DNA of 64,000 bases from Eledone cirrhosa (lineage: Eukaryota). Positions 56,401-64,000 of the stretch are shown here, in pieces. Within the stretch, counting starts at the first letter, position 1. Each line of letters starts with the position of its first letter. The translations under genes were made by a program, and so were the position numbers. The notes beneath the pieces are model-generated. The model was given only the letters and a program-made list of their open reading frames with translations. It had not been told where the DNA came from and searched no databases. The stretch is from assembly GCA_964016885.1 (NCBI GenBank), contig OZ024744.1, forward strand, positions 10,726,001-10,790,000, written 5' to 3'.

Positions 56401-59400
56401 TGTACTCCAATATGTTGTGTTGTTGTACTCCAATATGATGTGATGTTGTACTCCAATGCGTTGTGTTGTTGTACTCCAATGTGATGTGTTGTTGTACTCC
56501 AATATGTTGTGTTGTTATACTCCAATGTGTTGTGTTGTTATACTCCAATATGTTGTGTTGTTGTAGCCCAATATGTTGTGTTGTTGTACTCCAATGTGAT
56601 ATGTTGTTATACTCCAATATGTTGTGCTGTTGTACTCCAATTTTTTTTGTTTTTTGTACTCCAATATGTTGTGTTGTTATACTCCAATATGTTGTGTTGT
56701 TATACTCCAATATGTTGTGCTGTTGTACTCCAAATCTCGTGTTGTTATACTCCAATATGGTGTGTTCGTGTACTCCAATATGTTGTGTTATTGTACTCCA
56801 ATATGTTGCGTTGTTGTACTCCAATATGTTGTGTTGTTATACTCCAATATGTCGTGTGGCTGTACTCCAATATTTCGTGTTGTTGTACCCCAATATGTAG
56901 TGTTGTTTATACTCCAATATGTTTTGCTGTTGTACTCCAATATGTTGTGTTGCTGTACTCCTATATGTTGCGTTGTTATTCTCCAATATGTTGTGCTGTT
57001 GTACTCCAATGTGTTGTGTTGTTATACTCCAATATGTTGTGTTGATTTACTCCAATATGTTGTGTTGTTGTACTCCAATCTGTTGTGTTGTTATACTCCA
57101 ATGTGTTGTGTTGTTATACTCCAATATGTTGTGTTGTTGTAGCCCAATATGTTGTGTTGTTGTACTCCAATATGTTGTGTTGTCGTACTCCAATATGTCC
57201 TGTTGTTGTACTCCAATATGTTGTGTTGTTATACTCCAATATTTCATGTGGTTGTACTCCAATATGTTGTCTTGCTGTACTCCAATCTGTTGTATTGTTG
57301 TACTCCAATATGTTCTGTTGTTGTACTCCAATATATTGTATTGTTGTACTCCAGTATGTTGTGTTGTTGTACTCCAATATGCTGTGTTGTTGTACTCCAA
57401 TATGTTGTGTTGTTGTACTCCAATATGTTGTGTTGTTGTACTCCAATATCTTGTGTTGTTGTACTCCAATATGTTGTGTTGTTGTACTCCAATATGTTGT
57501 GTTGTGGTACTCCAATATGGTGTGTTGTTGAACTCCAATATGTTGTATTGTTTTTCTCCAATATGTCATGTTATACTCCAATATGTTGTGTTCGTGTACT
57601 CCAATATGTCATGTTGTTGTACTCCAGTATGTCTTGTTATACTCCAATATGTCGTGTTGCTGTACTCCAATATGTCATGCTGTTGTACTCCAATATTTCG
57701 TGTCGTTGTACTCCAATATGTCGTGCTTTTGTACTCCAATATGTTTTGCTGTTGTACTCCACTGTGTTGTGTTGTTGAACTGCAATATGTTGTGTTGTTG
57801 TTCTCCAATATTTTGTGATGTTGTACTCCAATGTGTTGTGTTGTTATACTCCAATATGTTGTGTTGTGATACTCCAATGTGTTGTGTTGTTGTACTCCAA
57901 TATGTTGTGTTGTTATACTCCAATGTGGTGTGCTGTTGTAATCCAATAGGTTGTGTTGTACTCCAATATGTTGTGCTGTTGTACTCCAATATTTCGTGTT
58001 GTTGCACTCCAATACGTCGTGTTGTTGTACTCCAATATGTTTTGATGTTGTACTCCAATATGTTGTGTTGTTGTACTCCAATATGTTTTGATGTTATACT
58101 CCAATATGTTGTGTTGTTGTACTCCAATATGTTGTGTAGTCGTACTCCAATATGTTGTGTTGTTGTACTCCAATATGCTGTGATGTTGTACTCCAATATG
58201 ATGTGATGTTGTACTCCAATGCATTGTATTGTTGTACTCCAATGTGATGTGTTGTTGTACTCCAATATGTTGTGCCGTTGTACTCCAATATTTTTTATTT
58301 TTGTACTCCAATATGTTGTGTTGTTATACTCCAATATGTTGTGTTGTTATACTCCAATATGTTGTGCTGTTGTACTCCAAATCTCGTGTTGTTATACTCC
58401 AATGTGTTGTGTTGTTATACTCCAATATGGTGTGTTGTTGTACTCCAATATGTTGTATTGTTTTTTTCCAATATGTCATGTTATACTCCAATATGTTGTG
58501 TTCGTGTACTCCAATATGTTGTGTTATTGTACTCCAATATGTTGCGTTGTTGTACTCCAATATGTTGTGTTGTTATACTCCAATATGTTGTGTTGTTGTA
58601 CTCCAATATGTTGTCTTGTTGTACTCCAAAAGGCCATGTTATCGTACTCCAATATGTCTTGTTATACTCCAATATGTCGTGTGGCTGTACTCCAATATGT
58701 CATGTTGTTGTACTCCAATATGTCTTGTTATAGTCCAATATGTCGTGTTGTTGTACTCCAATATGTCATGTAGTTGTATTCCAATATTTCGTGTTGTTGT
58801 ACCCCAATATGTCGTGTTGTTTATACTCCAATATGTTTTGCTGTTCTACTCCAATATGTTGTGTTGCTGTACTCCAATATGTTGTGTTGTTATTCTCCAA
58901 TATGTTGTGCTGTTGTACTCCAATGTGTTATGTTGTTATACTCCAATATGTTGTGCTGTGCTACTCCAATATATTGTGTTGTTGTACTCCAATGTGTTGT
59001 GTTGTTATACTCCAATATGTTGTGTTGATTTACTCCAATATGTTGTGTTGTTGTACTCCAATCTGTTGTGTTGTTATACTCCAATATGTTGTGTTGTTAT
59101 ACTCCAATATGTTGTGTTGTTTTACTACAATATGTTGTGTTGTTGTACTCCAATATGTTGTGTTGTTGTACTCCAATATGTTGTGTTGTTGTAATCCAAT
59201 ATCTTGTGTTGTTATACTCCAATATGTTGTGTTGTTGTACTCCAATATGTTGTGTTGTTATACTCCAATATGTTGTATTGTGATACTCCAATATGTTGTG
59301 CTGTTGTACTCCAATATGTTGTGTTGTTATACTCCAATATGTTGTGTTATTTTACTCCAATATGTTGTGTTGTTGTACTCCAATATGTTGTATTGTTGTT

Positions 59401-62400
59401 CTCCAATATGTCATGTTATACTCCAATAAGTTGTGTTCTTGTACTCCAATATGTTGTGTTGTTGTACTCTAATATATCATGTTGTCGTACTCTAATATGT
59501 CATGTTATACTCCAATATGTCGTTGTTGTACTCCAATATGTCGTATTGTTGTACTCCAATATGTTTTGATGTTGCACTCCAATATGTTGTGTTGTTGTAC
59601 TCCAATATGTTGTGTGGTCGTACTCCAATATGTTGTATTGTTATACTCCAATATGTTGTGCTGTTGTACTCCAATATGTTCTGTTGTTGTACTCCAATAT
59701 ATTGTGTTGCTGTACTCCAATATGTCGTGTTGTTGTACTCCAATATGTTGTGTTGTTGTACTCCAATATGTTGTGTTGTTGTACTCCAATATGTTGTGTT
59801 GTTATATTCCAATATGTTATGTTGTTGTACTCCAATATGTCATGTTGTTGTACTCCAATATGTTTTGATGTTGTACTCCAATATGTTGTGTTGTTGTACT
59901 CCAATATGTTTTGATGTTGTACTCCAATATGTTGTGTTGTTGTACTCCAATATGTTGTGTAGTCTTACTCCAATATGTTGTGTTGTTGTACTCCAATATG
60001 ATGTGATGTTGTACTCCAATATGATGTGCTGTTGTACTCCAATGCGTTGTGTTGTTGTACTCCAATATGCTGTGTTGTTATACTCCAATATGTTGTGTTG
60101 TTATACTCCAATATGTTGTGTTGGTGTAATCCAATATCTTGTGTTATTTTACTCCAATATGTTGTGTTGTTGTACTCCAATATGTTGTGTTGTTGTACTC
60201 CAATATGTTGTGTTGTTGTAATCCAATATCTTGTGTTGTTATACTCCAATATGTTGTGCTGTTGTACTCCAATATTTTGAGTTGTTATACTCCAATATGT
60301 AGTGTTGTTATACTCCAATATGTTGTGTTGTTGTACTCCAATCTGTTGCGTTATACTCCAATATGTTGTGTTGTTATACTCCAATATGTTGTGTTGTTAT
60401 ACTCCAATATGTTGTGTTGTTTTACTCCAATATGTTGTATTGTTGATCTCCAATATGTCATATTATACTCCAATAAGTTGTGTTCTTGTACTCCAATATG
60501 TTTTGTTGTTGTACTCCAATATGTTGCTTTGTTGTACTCCAATATATCATGTTGTCGTACTGCAATATGTCATGTTATACTCCAATATGTTTTGATGCTG
60601 TACTCCAATATGTTGTGTTGTTGTACTACAATATGTTGTGTTGTTGTACTCCAATAAGTTGTGTTGTTATACTCCAATATGTTGTGCTGTTGTACTCCAA
60701 TATGTTGTGTTGTTATACTCCAATATGTAGTGTTGTTATACTCCAATATGTTGTGTTGTTGTACTCCAATCTGTTGTGTTGTTATACTCCAATATATTGT
60801 GTTGTTATACTCCAATATGTTGTGTTGTTTAACTCCAATATGTTGTGTTGTTGTACTCCAATATGTTGTATTGTTGTTCTCCAATATGTCATGTTATACT
60901 CCAATAAGTTGTGTCCTTGTACTCCAATATGTTGTGTTGTTGTACTCCAATATGTTGTGTTGTTGTACTCCAATATGTTGTGTTGTTGTACTCCAATATA
61001 TCATGTTGTCGTACTCCAATATGTCATGATGTTGTACTCCAATATGTCGTGTTCTTGTACTCCAATATGTCGTGTTGTCGTACTGCAATATGTTGTGTTG
61101 TTGTACTCCAATATGTTGTGCTGTTGTACTCCAATATGTTGTGCTGTTGTACTCCAATATGTTGTGTCGTTATACTCCAATATGTTGTGCTGTTGTACTC
61201 CAATACGTCGTGTTGTACTCCAATATGTTGTGTTGTTATACTCCAATATGTTATGTTGTTGTACTCCAATATGTCTTGTTGTTGTACTCCAATATGTTTT
61301 GATGTTGTACCCCAATATGTTGTGTTGTTGTACTCCAATATGTTTTGATGTTGTACTCCAATATGTTGTGTTGTTGTACTCCAATATGTTTTGATGTTGT
61401 ACTCCAATATGTTGTGTTGTTATAGTCCAATATGTCGTGTTGTTGTACTCCAATATGTTATGTAGTAGTATTCCAATATTTCGTGTTGTTGTACCCCAAT
61501 ATGTCTTGTTGTTTATACTCCAATATGTCTTGCTGTTGTACTCCAATATGTTGTGTTGCTGTACTCCAATATGTTGTGTTGTTATTCTCCAATATGTTGT
61601 GCTGTTGTACTCCAATGTGTTATGTTGTTATACTCCAATATCTTGTGCTGTGCTACTCCAATATATTGTGTTGTTGTACTCCAATGTGTTGTGTTGTTAT
61701 ACTCCAATATGTTGTGTTGACTTACTCCAATATGTTGTGTTGTTGTACTCCAATCTGTTGTGTTGTTATACTCCAATATGTTGTGTTGTTATACTCCAAT
61801 ATGTTGTGTTGTTTTACTCCAATATGTTGTGTTGTTGTACTCCAATATGTTGTGTTGTTGTACTCCAATATGTTGTGTTGTTGTAATCCAATATCTTGTG
61901 TTGTTATACTCCAATATGTTGTGCTGTTGTACTCCAATATGTTGTGTTATACTCCAATATGTTGTGTTGTTTTACTCCAATATGTTGTTGTTGTACTCCA
62001 ATATGTTGTATTGTTGTTCTCCAATATGTCATGTTATACTCCAATAAGTTGTGTTCTTGTACTCCAATATGTTGTGTTGTTGTACTCCAATATATCATGT
62101 TGTCGTACTCCAATATGTCATGTTATACTCCAATATGTCGTTGGTATACTCCAATATGTCATGTTGTACTCCAATGTGTCGTATTGTTGTACTCCAATAT
62201 GTTTTGATGTTGTACTCCAATATGTTGTGTTGTTGTACTCCAATATGTTGTGTAGCCGTACTCCAATATGTTGTGTTGTTATACTCCAATATGTTATGTT
62301 GTTGTACTCCAATATGTCATGTTGTTGTACTCCAATATGTTTTGATGTTGTACTCCAATATGTTGTGTTGTTGTACTCCAATATGGGTTGATGTTGTACT

Positions 62401-64000
62401 CCAATATGTTGTGTTGTTGTACTCCAATATGATGTGTAGTCGTACTCCAATATGTTGTGTTGTTGTACTCCAATATGCTGTGATGTTGTACTCCAATATG
62501 ATGTGCTGTTGTACTCCAATGCGTTGTGTTGTTGTACTCCAATATGCTGTGTTGTTATACTCCAATATGTTGTGTTGTTGTACTCCAATATGTTGTGTTG
62601 TTGTACTCCAATATGTTGTGTTGTTGTAATCCAATATCTTGTGTTGTTATACTCCAATATGTTATGCTGTTGTACTCCAATATGTTGAGTTGTTATACTC
62701 CAATATGTAGTGTTGTTATACTCCAATATGTTGTGTTGTTGTACTCCAATCTGTTGCGTTATACTCCAATATGTTGTGTTGTTATACTCCAATATGTTGT
62801 GTTGTTATACTCCAATATGTTGTGTTGTTTTACTCCAATATATTGTATTGTTGATCTCCAATATGTCATATTATACTCCAATAAGTTGTGTTCTTGTACT
62901 CCAATATGTGTTGTTGTTGTACTCCAATATGTTGCGTTGTTGTACTCCAATATATCATGTTGTCGTACTCCAATATGTCATGTTATACTCCAATATGTTT
63001 TGATGCTGTACTCCAATATGTTGTGTTGTTGTACTACAATATGTTGTGTTGTTGTACTCCAATATGTTGTGTTGTTATACTCCAATATGTTGTGCTGTTG
63101 TACTCCAATATGTTGTGTTGTTATACTCCAATATGTAGTGTTGTTATACTCCAATATGTTGTGTTGTTGTACTCCAATCTGTTGTGTTGTTATACTCCAA
63201 TATATTGTGTTGTTATACTCCAATATGTTGTGTTGTTTTACTCCAATATGTTGTGTTGTTGTACTCCAATATGTTGTATTGTTGTTCTCCAATATTTCAT
63301 GTTATACTCCAATAAGTTGTGTTCTTGTACTCCAATATGTTGTGTTGTTGTACTCCAATATGTTGTGTTGTTGTACTCCAATATATCATGTTGTCGTACT
63401 CCAATATGTCATGTTATACTCCAATATGTCGTTGTTATACTCCAATAGGTCATGATGTTGTACTCCAATATGTCGCGTTGTCGTACTCCAATATGTTGTG
63501 TTGTACTCCAATACGTTGTGCTGTTGTACTCCAATATGTTGTGTTGTTGTACCCCAATATGTTGTGTTGTTATACTCCAATATGTTGTGCTGTTGTACTC
63601 CAATATTTCGTGTTATTGTACTCCAATACGTCGTGTTGTACTCCAATATGTTGTATTGTTATACTCCAATATGTTATGTTGTTGTACTCCAATATGTCTT
63701 GTTGTTGTACTCCAATATGTTTTGATGTTGTACTCCAATATGTTGTGTTGTTGTACTCCAATATGTTTTGATGTTGTACTCCAATATGTTGTGTTGTTGT
63801 ACTCCAATATGTTGTGTAGTCGTACTCCAATATGTTGCGTTGTTGTACTCTAATGTGTTGTGTTGTTATTCTCCAATATGTTGTGATGTTGTACTCCAAT
63901 GCGTTGTGTTGTTGTACTCCAATGTGATGTGTTGTTGTACTCCAATATGTTGTGCTGTTGTACTCCAATATTTTTTGTTTTTTGTACTCCAATATGTTGT
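50420..64000. repeat. 13.6-kb block, copy 2 (runs off the window)
   Basis: Near-identical to 4961-18541, differing by scattered substitutions and whole-monomer indels. Confidence 0.93.
60198..64000. repeat. Higher-order block A, copy 3 (right end truncated by window)
   Basis: Matches 1-3826 at offset 60197/60174 and 14762-18541 at offset 45436/45459. Confidence 0.93.

Larger units (their letters stand above)
27310..57975. repeat. ~12.8-kb higher-order repeat, ~2.4 tandem copies (about 27310-39900, 39900-52700, 52700-57975)
   Basis: Offsets 28257->40854 (12597), 31390->44287 (12897), 32281->45155 and 34272->47146 (12874), 37763->50561, 40357->53155 and 43665->56463 (12798), 44747->57568 (12821). 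Confidence 0.93.
1..64000. repeat. Satellite array of 23-bp monomers, consensus ACTCCAATATGTTGTGTTGTTGT, ~2,800 head-to-tail copies, running off both window edges
   Basis: CTCCAATA or a close variant recurs every 23 bp throughout, with frequent 20-bp and rarer 22/24/16-bp units. No unrelated sequence and no strand switch seen. The consensus has 11 T, 5 G, 4 A, 3 C (35% GC; + strand 70% G+T). Confidence 0.99.

Noticed and set aside
8-63992. Hundreds of ORFs up to 458 aa (Cys/Val/Leu-rich on +, Thr/Asn/Gln-rich on -), superficially like metallothioneins, keratin-associated or mucin-like proteins
   Set aside because: They overlap in all six frames, translate the same repeat, have a period that is not a multiple of 3, contain no unique domain, and end wherever a variant monomer creates a stop.
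1-64000. CRISPR array (23-bp period with a conserved part and a variable part)
   Set aside because: The variable part is only ~14 bp and homologous between units, so there are no unique spacers. No leader or cas genes are present.
1-64000. Telomerase-made 23-bp yeast telomeric repeat (Candida albicans type, shares TGTAC)
   Set aside because: The rest of the sequence differs from ACGGATGTCTAACTTCTTGGTGT, the array is far longer than yeast telomeres, and ordered kb-scale HORs indicate duplication rather than templated addition.
1-64000. CCAAT boxes as promoter elements
   Set aside because: CCAAT is present in most monomers, but the flanks (CT..AT) fit the NF-Y preference poorly and there is no gene to regulate. 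Retained only as part of the conserved-core hypothesis.
1-64000. Hairpin or cruciform from short dyads (TTG-TACTC-CAA, CAA-TATG-TTG, variant palindrome CAATATATTG)
   Set aside because: Arms are only 3-5 bp and AT-rich, too weak to claim a stable structure without folding or probing data.
1-64000. Fungal RIP signature (common TTGTACT to TTATACT change, TpG to TpA)
   Set aside because: Most TpG/CpA targets remain intact and near-identical multi-kb duplicates persist, which is not expected under active RIP.
1-64000. tRNA-linked STR arrays, rDNA spacer subrepeats, or embedded transposon fragments
   Set aside because: No non-satellite sequence long enough to hold a tRNA, rRNA or element end was seen.
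1-64000. Pure sequencing or assembly artefact (concatemer or low-complexity noise)
   Set aside because: Specific variants recur in the same order across distant copies with tree-like sharing, which random error would not produce. The order and number of large blocks still need read validation.

Overview
The whole 64 kb is one uninterrupted, single-orientation tandem array of a 23-bp monomer (consensus ACTCCAATATGTTGTGTTGTTGT, roughly 2,800 copies by length/23). I see no credible gene, RNA gene, mobile element or CRISPR array. The hundreds of ORFs are artefacts of a consensus with no stop codon in any of the six frames. The informative signal is in the variant monomers, which recur in fixed order and reveal nested higher-order repeats (HORs): a 161-bp duplication, an old ~1-3.4 kb cassette present about 30 times, 2.4-3.4 kb duplications, a ~12.8-kb unit in ~2.4 tandem copies, and near-identical 5-13.6 kb blocks repeated 14.7, 32.7, 45.4 and 60.2 kb apart. 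Several rearrangement breakpoints and monomer replacements can be read to the base. This architecture resembles eukaryotic satellite DNA (centromeric, pericentromeric or subtelomeric), but organism and function cannot be determined from the sequence. Block boundaries were read by eye and from ORF-track offsets and are approximate to about one monomer unless stated.
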